This document shows positions 18,991 through 27,646 of a stretch of 64,000 nucleotides of DNA, in pieces. Every line of letters starts with the position of its first letter. Position 1 is the stretch's first letter. The notes under the pieces were generated by a model. The model saw nothing but the letters and a program-made list of their open reading frames with translations. It was not told where the DNA came from and did no database searches. The translations under genes and the position numbers were made by a program. Origin of the DNA: a virus (Duplodnaviria; Caudoviricetes); IMG/VR virus record IMGVR_UViG_3300042344_000236, positions 229 to 64,228 of that record; one strand, 5' to 3'.

Positions 18991-19386
18991 GTCCCATCTC
19001 ACATGTATGACTGAACTACTTTAAACCATCTGACCTTGTGTTGACCTCCGAAGAGCACCCTGTCATACTTTATCGTTTCGTTCACCTGTAGCATACTGAT
19101 TCGTCATCGTAACATCTAGAGGCTTGTCAAGTTTTCGATTGACGGATAAGCTAAGCGTTTCAGTCTATGTAGCTCGCTTATCGCAGTCATGTTCTTTCTC
19201 AGTAGGTCTCTCCTAAGCTCTTATTACTTTCATCTAGTCTCTGTCGCAATGACTGCTAGAACTAAGAGTCGTAATTGAGTCCCCCATGTGTGTCGCTTGT
19301 CAATCGTTGTTAGCTCGTTTGCTTGTTGTAAAGATAATGCGGAAAAGAGGTAAGTAGCACACTTTTTTCGTAGTTAGATTGCAAAT

Positions 19387-19452
19387 TACGTAGAACTACG
19401 TAGAAAGATCTACGTATAACTACGTAGTGCCATCTACGTATAACTACGTAGT
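19387..19452. repeat. Three 24-bp units, each with two TACGTA palindromes
   Basis: TACGTA at 19387, 19397, 19411, 19421, 19435, 19445. Confidence 0.9.
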
Positions 19453-19904
19453 TGACGGGTTATGTTCACGGGCATTTCGCTCTGAAACGTAAGCTAGGTA
19501 AGGCTTTCAGGATATTACATAATATTGGGTGTAAAAATGTAACTATCTTGGGAATTGGAATAGGTGTTGCCCTCCCTCTACAGGGATGCCAACAGGTACG
19601 CCAACACGCCAACCAACCAACAGCAAATGTTAACGAATGTTAATTCTATTTAACATAATGCAAATTATATAACAGGCCTACCGACCGACCGACCGACAGG
19701 CCGAACGTCCGACAGGAAAGAATGTGTATGTATGTACATAAGTATTGTAACATATTGATGGGCATCACCATGCCAAATGGCATACAGGCAAAAAGCCAAA
19801 AAATCCGACTGAAAATCTGGAAATCAAGACCCCACCCATAAATTTCAAACGGTTTTCCGATCGGCCTGGCTCGCGTCAATCCCCCCTATTACCCAAAAAT
19901 TCTG

Positions 19905-19912
19905 TATATTTG
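19905..19912 (+). promoter_or_regulatory. Bacteroidota -7 promoter element (TAnnTTTG), first of a series
   Basis: TATATTTG; same motif at gene junctions 20451, 22115, 24416, 29078, 31299, 37898, 41296, 41671, 51240, 52086. Confidence 0.7.
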
Positions 19913-19925
19913 ACAAAAAAAAGAA

Positions 19926-20072
19926 ATGGCAAGAGCTAAGAAGAAGCACCCAAAACCTAGGAGCAAAAGATCAATCAATAGGCTTTTGAAGATGATTAGT
20001 ATTAATGACGAAAAAATAAAAGAGTATGCCAGTAGATACCAAGCCGAAGAGAAAGGTAGTAGAGAGGCTTGA
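19926..20072 (+). CDS. Small basic protein (48 aa, not in ORF track)
   Basis: MARAKKKHPKPRSKRS..., right after the promoter. Confidence 0.5.
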   Translation: MARAKKKHPKPRSKRSINRLLKMISINDEKIKEYASRYQAEEKGSREA

Positions 20073-20442
20073 CAAGACCTTGATACAGACATCCCCAGGT
20101 AAGTTTGTGAGGATGCCACAGCTTCACGCTAAAGACAAAGACATTAAGATAACCACAAAGACGTATGGTCCGTCTGGCAATCTTAAAAAAACAAAAGAAG
20201 AAAGTCAGTACATATTTGAGGAGGGTCATGGTAAAGTTATAGGTGGCAAGTCTATAAGCACATCAAAGTATGACAAGTCTGGAAACGTAAGAAAAAACGT
20301 AACAATTGGTTTTGATAAAAAGATTAGCAAAACTGGCAGCGAAACAGAAAACAAAAAGACTGTTACCAAAAGAGGCGTTACAAAAGAAAAGAACGTTCGT
20401 TCTGGAGATATAAGGCGTTTAAACAGGATGAATGTAAAATAA
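20026..20442 (+). CDS. Lys-rich basic protein
   Basis: Very high K/T content. Confidence 0.6.
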   Translation: MPVDTKPKRKVVERLDKTLIQTSPGKFVRMPQLHAKDKDIKITTKTYGPSGNLKKTKEESQYIFEEGHGKVIGGKSISTSKYDKSGNVRKNVTIGFDKKISKTGSETENKKTVTKRGVTKEKNVRSGDIRRLNRMNVK

Positions 20443-20595
20443 AAAAATACTATCTTTGTAAAAGAATATGCTTCTAGAAATTCATAACATGATACCTGTA
20501 GGACTCAACGTTGGTTTTGAGGTATATGGAAAGGAGGACGATTATGATTACTATGAAGTCCATATCAATCTATTAATTTTAAAATTTGTGTTCAA

Positions 20596-22047
20596 ATGGC
20601 AATAATGAAGTACGGGAGAACAACGTTAGCTCCCAAGTATATAGATCCTAAAACTGGAAACAGGATAGCCGATCCAAACGTATATGGTAAAACTGTTGAC
20701 TTATCACATTCTGGAGACATTAAGGGAACATACATTAGCTGGCCTGAATTCAGACAGAAATATCAATCTGGAGCATATAAAGATATAGAATTAGATAGAA
20801 AGGGAAGGGGTGTATCGCAGCAGTTTCCAGCAGATGTAAACAGATATCTTTCTGGTAAAACAGATAAACTTTCTGAGGAGTATGATGAGCCATTAGAGAT
20901 GACAGAGATGACAACCTCTGGGGAGAGAGCATCTAGCTACGAGCTTAACTATAAGCCAGGTTCTAAGACATATAAAACTAAGCTTTTTAAATATAATGCT
21001 GAGATGGCTTCAGCACCTAAAGAAGTTAGGCAGTCATTTATAAATCAAAGCCCAAAGAATAGTGAGCCTGCATTCTCTATTGTAGCAGGAGATGTGAGAT
21101 GGGGCAGACAAGACCCAAGAAAGATTCCAAATCCTGAATCAATGGAAGAAGTTGCAACAACACAAGCAACAGCTCCAACTCCAACTGAACCAACAAAACC
21201 TAAGAAGACTAAGGTTACTGAGAAGGTTGTAGAGGGGGTTGAGGGTTGGGACTTCAAAGAGCCAAAGTATAAATCTAAGACTATAAGAGTAAAAGATAAA
21301 TCTCCAAGAATAAAAGAATCTGGAGGTATTAAGAAATCATCTAGGACAGTGAAAACTACTTCACTTGTTCCTATAGGTAAACATAATACTAGAGAAAGAA
21401 GGCTTTGGGAAACATACGAGGTAGGATCATATAAGGGTAAGGATTTTCGAGGTATGACCGAGGAGCAGTTAAGAGGTTTAACTAAGCAGGCTAGACAAGA
21501 CAAGAGGGGTGCTATGTTTGAGGGAGACTTCAGTTACTCTAAGTCTGCCATTAAGAAAATAAAAGAGGCCAGAAAATATGCAGGAAGAGAGAACGTTGCT
21601 GGACTTTCAAGTGCTCAAGAGAAGGTTAATCCAATGCGAGTTTATGAGTCAAAAGTTTGGACTGGAGAGTACAAGGATGAGTCTGGCAAGATTCTGCCTG
21701 GGAAATTCATGAAGAATGATGAGTATGGTAACCTTAGCCCACTTAATAAGGTAGTAACAAACAGCAAGGGAGAAAAAATAATAACAGAGAGAGAGAATAC
21801 AGAAAACAAAATATATGACAGTGGATTTTTTGCTCTAAAAAAGGGAGGGCCATCTAAAAACAAACTATACACAATAGATATGCAGCAGGGTTATGCAGGT
21901 TCAAAGCAATATGGAGAGGCTAAAAGTTCTTTTAAATCATCCATGGACAATGCTACCAACAGAAACTCGCTTCAGGCTAAGATTGTAACATCACTTAACA
22001 GACAAAAATTAGAAAGACAGAACAGAAGAAAAAGTTCTGGCAATTAA
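20596..22047 (+). CDS. Large basic hypothetical protein
   Basis: 483-aa ORF, K/R-rich, with PT linker. Confidence 0.7.
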   Translation: MAIMKYGRTTLAPKYIDPKTGNRIADPNVYGKTVDLSHSGDIKGTYISWPEFRQKYQSGAYKDIELDRKGRGVSQQFPADVNRYLSGKTDKLSEEYDEPLEMTEMTTSGERASSYELNYKPGSKTYKTKLFKYNAEMASAPKEVRQSFINQSPKNSEPAFSIVAGDVRWGRQDPRKIPNPESMEEVATTQATAPTPTEPTKPKKTKVTEKVVEGVEGWDFKEPKYKSKTIRVKDKSPRIKESGGIKKSSRTVKTTSLVPIGKHNTRERRLWETYEVGSYKGKDFRGMTEEQLRGLTKQARQDKRGAMFEGDFSYSKSAIKKIKEARKYAGRENVAGLSSAQEKVNPMRVYESKVWTGEYKDESGKILPGKFMKNDEYGNLSPLNKVVTNSKGEKIITERENTENKIYDSGFFALKKGGPSKNKLYTIDMQQGYAGSKQYGEAKSSFKSSMDNATNRNSLQAKIVTSLNRQKLERQNRRKSSGN

Positions 22048-22070
22048 TTTTGAATAAAAACTACAAAATG

Positions 22071-22092
22071 GGGGTCACTGACCCCTTTTTTT
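22071..22092 (+). terminator. Intrinsic terminator
   Basis: GGGGTC-ACT-GACCCC plus T7. Confidence 0.75.
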
Positions 22093-22139
22093 GTTTTGTA
22101 AAGTAAAAAATTAGTAAATTTGGTGTAAAATTTAATAAA

Positions 22140-23702
22140 ATGATAGTAAAAGAGATTCATTTTGGCGATGATGGCCAAAAAAAATTGAAATCTGGCATCA
22201 AAAAGATAGCTGGGGCAGTAAAAAGTACTCTAGGTGCTAGAGGTAGGACAGTATTAATAGAGTCTGAGAACCATGTTGGTGGTATTACCGTAACAAAGGA
22301 CGGTGTTACTGTAGCAAAGTCTATCAATTTGTATGATCCTACCGAGAACCTAGCCGTTATGATGATGAGACAGGCCGCTGACAAGACGGCAACTGTTGCT
22401 GGTGATGGTACAACGACATCAATTGTACTTGCAGAGGCAATTATTGACGCAGCTGACAAGTATTTAACACCTGAGCACAATGTAACTGAGGTGATACGTG
22501 GAATATCTGCGCTATCAAAGAAGGTTGTTGACAAGCTAGACAAGATGTCTAAGAAGGTTAACGGAAAGAGGCTTTACGATGTTGCGACAATATCAGCTAA
22601 CAATGACAATGAGCTTGGCAAGATGATTGGAGATGCATTTTCTTGGGTGCCACTTGTTACTGTTGAGAACAGCATGAACTCTGAGACAAGGGTTGAGATA
22701 ATAAATGGAATGAGAATCGAGAGGGGGTACACATCTCCATACTTTGTCACGGATCAAAAGAAGCAAGAGTGTGTCCTTGATAATCCGTATGTATTGATTT
22801 GTGATCACGAGATAAACAATATCTCCAATTTAGAGAAGGTGTTAGCACCAATCGTTTCTCAGGGTAAATCGTTACTAATCATTGGTAACTTAGGTCCAAA
22901 CGCACTACAGACGTTAAACGTTAACGTGTACCAGGGCAAAATTAAGGCATGCAATATTATTCCTCCGTCATTTGGATACAGACAGAAAGACCTGTTAAAA
23001 GACTTAGCTGTAGCTCTTGGAGGCACATACTTTAGCGAGGACACTGGTGATGACCTATCAATAATAGGATTGTCTGACTTGGGCAAGGCATCAAAAATCA
23101 TTGTTAAGAAAGACGTTACAGTGTTTATGCACCACGCAGACTTTAAGGATGACATTGACAAGCACATTGCTGACCTTAAGGCAATGGTTGATCAGACAGA
23201 CAACAAAGAAGAGAAAGACTTTATTAGAGAGAGGATAGCCAATATATCTGGCGGTGTTGGCGTTATATATGTAGGTGCACAGAGTGACATTGAGCAGAAG
23301 GAGAAGAGAGACAGGATTGATGACGCTGTGTACGCTGTTATGGCCGCACTTGAGGATGGTATTCTACCTGGTGGTGGTATTGCACTGTCTGAGTGTGCTG
23401 CAATGATTTACGATGAGTTTGATGTATCGGCAATGATTATGCATGACGCACTTCTAGCTCCATTTGATCAGATACTCATTAACGCTGGCAAGAAGCCAAC
23501 CGAGATAGCAATGGGTATATTTGATAAGGGATATGGATACGATGTAAAGGGTGAGCGTTTTGGTGACATGATTAAGATGGGAATTATTGACCCGACTAAG
23601 GTTACTAAGAACGCACTACTAAACGCTGTATCTGTAGCAACAACTATTATGAGTACTAACGCAATTATAACAAACATTAGAGCAGATGAAAGTCCTAAAT
23701 AA
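22140..23702 (+). CDS. groEL: Phage-encoded chaperonin GroEL
   Basis: TKDGVTVAK, AGDGTTT, GILPGGG, GIIDPTKV; no GGM tail. Confidence 0.97.
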   Translation: MIVKEIHFGDDGQKKLKSGIKKIAGAVKSTLGARGRTVLIESENHVGGITVTKDGVTVAKSINLYDPTENLAVMMMRQAADKTATVAGDGTTTSIVLAEAIIDAADKYLTPEHNVTEVIRGISALSKKVVDKLDKMSKKVNGKRLYDVATISANNDNELGKMIGDAFSWVPLVTVENSMNSETRVEIINGMRIERGYTSPYFVTDQKKQECVLDNPYVLICDHEINNISNLEKVLAPIVSQGKSLLIIGNLGPNALQTLNVNVYQGKIKACNIIPPSFGYRQKDLLKDLAVALGGTYFSEDTGDDLSIIGLSDLGKASKIIVKKDVTVFMHHADFKDDIDKHIADLKAMVDQTDNKEEKDFIRERIANISGGVGVIYVGAQSDIEQKEKRDRIDDAVYAVMAALEDGILPGGGIALSECAAMIYDEFDVSAMIMHDALLAPFDQILINAGKKPTEIAMGIFDKGYGYDVKGERFGDMIKMGIIDPTKVTKNALLNAVSVATTIMSTNAIITNIRADESPK

Positions 23703-23943
23703 ATTTTTATTAATCGAGAAGATTGTAGAACAGAAGACTGCCAAGAGCGGTCTGATATTAAGTGGAGAGGAGTACCAGGACATGAGGTATCACTATGGAG
23801 TTGTTGTAGAGCCAGGAATAAACGTTGTTGGAATATCAATCGGTGATAAGATAATGTTCGATAAGGTTCACTCTTATGACGTTGTAATAGACAGCAACAG
23901 GTTTACTGTCCTTCAGGAGAAGGATGTTGTTTGCGTTCTTTAA
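23686..23943 (+). CDS. groES: Co-chaperonin GroES
   Basis: KTAKSGLIL mobile loop, GVVVEPG, GDKIMF, EKDVVCV. Confidence 0.85.
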   Translation: MKVLNKFLLIEKIVEQKTAKSGLILSGEEYQDMRYHYGVVVEPGINVVGISIGDKIMFDKVHSYDVVIDSNRFTVLQEKDVVCVL

Positions 23944-24409
23944 AGTCAGCGTTAAACTTTCTTATAGCTTGGGCTAGCATCCTCTCTGAGTAAGAGCCGT
24001 TCGGTTTAAACACCTTGTTGCGTCTCGGAGTCTCAGGGAAGGGTTCTAGCCCAATTAGCTTTCTATACATACTGGCTATCATTTTCTTTGATTGAAACGA
24101 TAGTTCATACAGGTTGCTCTCTCCGTATTTTCTTTTTCTCCATATAACAATGAATCCTTCTCTCAATAGTCTATCAAACTTATTTTTATCCCAGCTCATA
24201 AATGCTGAGTACTCTTTAAACCTTGATCTAGTGAATATCTTCTCTGAGTACAGAAATAGCAACATATCTATATCGGCAGATGACTTAAGTCCATATTGAA
24301 ACCTAGCCCACTTCCTAATTATACCCCAGTTCTTTAAAAAGTCGAACTTGGTGTCTCTTCCATAATATATTTTATCGACACGTTTTCTTCTTCTATTTAT
24401 TATTTTCAT
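23903..24409 (-). CDS. Putative winged-helix DNA-binding protein
   Basis: DIDMLLFLY...FDRLLREGFIVIW...LYELS, wHTH-like pattern. Confidence 0.5.
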   Translation of the reverse strand: MKIINRRRKRVDKIYYGRDTKFDFLKNWGIIRKWARFQYGLKSSADIDMLLFLYSEKIFTRSRFKEYSAFMSWDKNKFDRLLREGFIVIWRKRKYGESNLYELSFQSKKMIASMYRKLIGLEPFPETPRRNKVFKPNGSYSERMLAQAIRKFNADFKERKQHPSPEGQ

Positions 24410-24441
24410 TTTTATTATATTTGTATCGTAAAAACAAAGTT

Positions 24442-25011
24442 ATGAAAAATAGAACCACATCTCAAACTACAGGGCCAGATAAAAAGGCTAAAAGAGTAAC
24501 ATCTAATACAACTCCAGGTGTAAAAACTAATGGTACTAAACCAGCTAGTAATCAAACAATGGAGCCTGTATCAATATACAAAAAGAGGTCAAAAATAGTT
24601 CATTCATTTACTGAGCCTATTTCAGAATTAAGACGTACCGAGAAGATTATTCAAAAGCCATATATTCCAGTAGTAGATGCTATAGAAAGCGGAATGAAAG
24701 GCGCAATGATAGGCGGTATTCAAAAACGCATTGATGATAGAATGCAGAATGGCATTAATTATAATAATATACCATTTAAGAATAATGCTATTGATGTTCT
24801 TAAAAGAAGAAAATACGATATTTCAAGCGAGTTTGATGGACAAGAAGTTCAAGGTACTCTGACCGAAAGACCTACTGTTGGTGGCGGAATGGTTGAGACA
24901 GAAAGATACAACATGCCTAGCGGAGGAAGTAGAATGGAGAGAACTAGATATAATCAAGAAGGTCAGCCTGTTAATAGAGTAATTAGAGATAAAAAAATAA
25001 ATCCACGATAA
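24442..25011 (+). CDS. Hypothetical basic protein
   Basis: ORF after TATATTTG; start set at ATG 24442. Confidence 0.6.
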   Translation: MKNRTTSQTTGPDKKAKRVTSNTTPGVKTNGTKPASNQTMEPVSIYKKRSKIVHSFTEPISELRRTEKIIQKPYIPVVDAIESGMKGAMIGGIQKRIDDRMQNGINYNNIPFKNNAIDVLKRRKYDISSEFDGQEVQGTLTERPTVGGGMVETERYNMPSGGSRMERTRYNQEGQPVNRVIRDKKINPR

Positions 25012-25160
25012 TGAAAAAGATGGTGTCCGAAAAAAAGACTGGCGAAAAATATGCCAGCAAATCTGCCAAGATGAAGCACGAAAAGTCTGAGTCTAAGAAA
25101 GAGATGATTAAGGAGTATGGCATGAAGGCCGCCATGAAAAAAATGGGCAAGAAAAAATGA
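25011..25160 (+). CDS. Small Lys/Met-rich protein (49 aa, not in ORF track)
   Basis: MKKMVSEKKTGEKYASK..., coupled on both sides. Confidence 0.55.
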   Translation: MKKMVSEKKTGEKYASKSAKMKHEKSESKKEMIKEYGMKAAMKKMGKKK

Positions 25161-25459
25161 AAGACCCAAGGCTAGAAAGAGCTGGTGTTGAAGGTTTTAA
25201 TAAACCTAAAAGAACTCCAAGTCACCCAACAAAGAGCCACATTGTTGTAGCGAAGCAGGGTGATGAGGTGAGAACCATTAGATTTGGACAGCAGGGAGTT
25301 AAGACCAATCAGACTGCTGGTCAGCGTGAGGCATTTAAGAGCCGTCACGCAAAGAACATTGCAAAAGGCAAGATGAGTGCTGCATACTGGGCAGACAAGG
25401 TAAAGTGGTCACCAAGTAAGACTGCATCTCCAAGCAAGAAATGGGTTAAAGGTTCGTAA
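25157..25459 (+). CDS. Conserved basic phage protein
   Basis: KSHIVVAK.G...IRFGQQG...FKSRH...SAAYWA.KVKW. Confidence 0.75.
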   Translation: MKDPRLERAGVEGFNKPKRTPSHPTKSHIVVAKQGDEVRTIRFGQQGVKTNQTAGQREAFKSRHAKNIAKGKMSAAYWADKVKWSPSKTASPSKKWVKGS

Positions 25460-25460
25460 G

Positions 25461-25850
25461 ATGTCTGTAGCTAAAAAGAAAAATCCAGAGTTATGGAGTC
25501 GCATTGTTTCTAGCGTTAAGTCTGGGAGCAAGGGTGGTGACCCAGGTCAGTGGTCTGCAAGAAAGGCACAGATAGCTGTATATAAGTATAAAGAGGCAGG
25601 GGGTAAATATGCAGGAAAGAAGTCCGAGTCAAACAGCTTATCTAAGTGGACAAAGCAAGAGTGGACAACAAAGAGTGGCAAGCCAAGCAAAGAAACTGGT
25701 GAGCGTTATCTACCAAAGAAGGCAATTGAGTCATTAAGTTCATCTGAGTATGCTGCTACAACAAGAGCTAAAAGACAGGGAGGAGGAACTGGTAGCGTTG
25801 TAAAGCAACCAAAAAGAATAGCTGAAAAAACTGCAAAGTACAGAAAATGA
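25461..25850 (+). CDS. DUF5872-like basic phage protein
   Basis: GSKGGDPGQWSARKAQ...SLSKWTKQEW...ERYLPKKA. Confidence 0.7.
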   Translation: MSVAKKKNPELWSRIVSSVKSGSKGGDPGQWSARKAQIAVYKYKEAGGKYAGKKSESNSLSKWTKQEWTTKSGKPSKETGERYLPKKAIESLSSSEYAATTRAKRQGGGTGSVVKQPKRIAEKTAKYRK

Positions 25851-26095
25851 TTATAATTAAAAAGCACTACGGATTCGGAGACACCGTTCATGCTATAACC
25901 AAGGCAACTGGAATAGAGAAGGTTGTAAAGGCAGTAGCTGGAGAAGACTGCGGATGCAGCGAAAGAAAAGAAAAACTAAACAACCCAAACCTATTAATTA
26001 ATAAGATATTCTATGGGACAGAGCAAGACATCCAAGTACTACGCAAGCAACCCGAAAGCAGCGGAGAAGAGGAGAGAGTATCAGAGGGAGCTTAA
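25847..26095 (+). CDS. Hypothetical protein (GDT...ITKATGI...DCGC..RKEKLN)
   Basis: Conserved CxC motif family. Confidence 0.65.
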   Translation: MIIIKKHYGFGDTVHAITKATGIEKVVKAVAGEDCGCSERKEKLNNPNLLINKIFYGTEQDIQVLRKQPESSGEEERVSEGA

Positions 26096-26273
26096 TAAAA
26101 GCGAGTCTGAAAAGAACTACAGAGCAGAGCACACTAAAGAGAGGAGAAAGAGGGGTATTGACGGAAAAGGTGGTGCTGATGTTAGTATGAAAAAAAATGG
26201 TAAATTTGTACTTGAGTCTCCAACTAGGAATAGAGCTAGGAACGGAGCAAACGGAAAGAGTACTAAGAAATAA
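26013..26273 (+). CDS. Basic protein, degenerate HNH-like
   Basis: GADVSM...SPTRNRARN resembles an HNH remnant lacking His. Confidence 0.45.
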   Translation: MGQSKTSKYYASNPKAAEKRREYQRELNKSESEKNYRAEHTKERRKRGIDGKGGADVSMKKNGKFVLESPTRNRARNGANGKSTKK

Positions 26274-26294
26274 TAACTTTATAAAAAGAAAGAC

Positions 26295-26924
26295 ATGCCA
26301 GTAAATATACCAGCAGGAACAAAGTTTGAGGCCATTAAGCCTACAACTAATGTGAACAGACGATCAGCGTTAGTTAACTCTAACGATCCAACATTTACCA
26401 TTGAGGACTTTGCTCAGACTGTGTCTGCAGGGTTAACATTTCCAATTACATTAAACTACATTCCAATGGCAGATGCTCTTGGTGGTCTTGTTGATTCAAA
26501 CTTGTATCAAAATGATTTCGGTTATGGTACTGGCTTATTTGGAGATTTTATTGGGGGCATAGGTCTTAGTTCTTCAGGTACTAATTTAATTTCTGCAATT
26601 ATTGATTCTATTAGTGGATATAGCTCTATATATATAGGGGATGTATTTGGTGCTTTAGGTCCTTCTTTTGGTATTTCTATACAGTCAGTTCCAATCGGCT
26701 CAAGTTTAAATTTAAACACAAAAGGTGTTAATGTTTTTTCTTGTTTCGTTGATTCTGGAGCATACGATTTTGGTGGAATTTATACTAGATTCGGAATCGT
26801 CAATGGTGATACGCCTTCACCATCTTTATTTGTTAGTAATGACTTGGTAACTAACATTGGAGGCATTGAATACATCAAGGTTATTTATAACGGAACTCCA
26901 TATAAAATTCAATTAATACCTTAA
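26295..26924 (+). CDS. Putative virion/tail fibre-associated protein
   Basis: Gly/Ser-rich beta sequence; C-terminal YIKVIYNGTPYKIQL. Confidence 0.55.
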   Translation: MPVNIPAGTKFEAIKPTTNVNRRSALVNSNDPTFTIEDFAQTVSAGLTFPITLNYIPMADALGGLVDSNLYQNDFGYGTGLFGDFIGGIGLSSSGTNLISAIIDSISGYSSIYIGDVFGALGPSFGISIQSVPIGSSLNLNTKGVNVFSCFVDSGAYDFGGIYTRFGIVNGDTPSPSLFVSNDLVTNIGGIEYIKVIYNGTPYKIQLIP

Positions 26925-26926
26925 TA

Positions 26927-27052
26927 ATGGATAAAGAAAAAGCATTAATGATAATTGAAAGAGCTTTAGATGAAGCTACAAAAAAAGGTGTGTATAGCCT
27001 TTCTGATGTTGCGGCTATTTTAAACGCTCTTAACACTATAAAAAACGATTAA
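26927..27052 (+). CDS. Small helical protein (41 aa, not in ORF track)
   Basis: MDKEKALMIIERALDEATKKGVYSL... Confidence 0.5.
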   Translation: MDKEKALMIIERALDEATKKGVYSLSDVAAILNALNTIKND

Positions 27053-27054
27053 AG

Positions 27055-27315
27055 ATGGCATATCAAAAATTACAACAAAGTAGAGCTGCTGCTGTAACTC
27101 TTAGCGACACTGACAACATACCATACGTTGGATACCCAACAGAGACTTGGCCATGTGTACTTTACTCTGGTTCTGGTGGTATTATTAGAGTTTTAACTGC
27201 TGGTGGTGATGACGTTACATTTAACGCTGTTCCTGCTGGAGTTGTTCTACCTATCCAAGTTATCAGAGTATTTGCATCTACAACGTCTGCAACTGGTATC
27301 GTAGCTCTTTGGTAG
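27055..27315 (+). CDS. Small virion beta-protein
   Basis: LYSGSGG.IRV..AGGDDVTF..VPAG.VLPIQV.RV..T.TSATGIVAL. Confidence 0.65.
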   Translation: MAYQKLQQSRAAAVTLSDTDNIPYVGYPTETWPCVLYSGSGGIIRVLTAGGDDVTFNAVPAGVVLPIQVIRVFASTTSATGIVALW

Positions 27316-27316
27316 T

Positions 27317-27646
27317 ATGGCTCTTATTAGCAACGAAGGAACGGTTGGCTTAACTAGCACAATACTATACGAGTGTAGGTCTCAAAATGTTTGTGCTATA
27401 AATTATATAAGATTCTCAAACTCCGTAACTAATTATGATGTTCTTGTACAGAAGTATGTAGCTTCAACTGCATCTACTGTAGATATATATTCATTATCAT
27501 TAAATCATGGTGACACTATTACTGATGATATGGTTTATATACTATATGCTGGTGACCAGATACTAGCCACATCAACTGACGCTAATACAACGTTTATAAT
27601 AAGCGGAGAGGAAGGTCCAAACTTATCTTTCTTACGATGCAAGTAA
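27317..27646 (+). CDS. Small virion beta-protein
   Basis: LY...N..jelly-roll-like; L.AGD.I....ISGEE. Confidence 0.55.
   Translation: MALISNEGTVGLTSTILYECRSQNVCAINYIRFSNSVTNYDVLVQKYVASTASTVDIYSLSLNHGDTITDDMVYILYAGDQILATSTDANTTFIISGEEGPNLSFLRCK

Noticed and set aside
19387-19452. CRISPR mini-array
   Set aside because: The period is only 24 bp with about 7 variable bases, too short for spacers; no cas genes
19452-20229. ORFs 19452-19643, 19646-19879, 19889-20119 and 20002-20229
   Set aside because: They cross repeat DNA or lie antisense to better-supported genes; likely spurious
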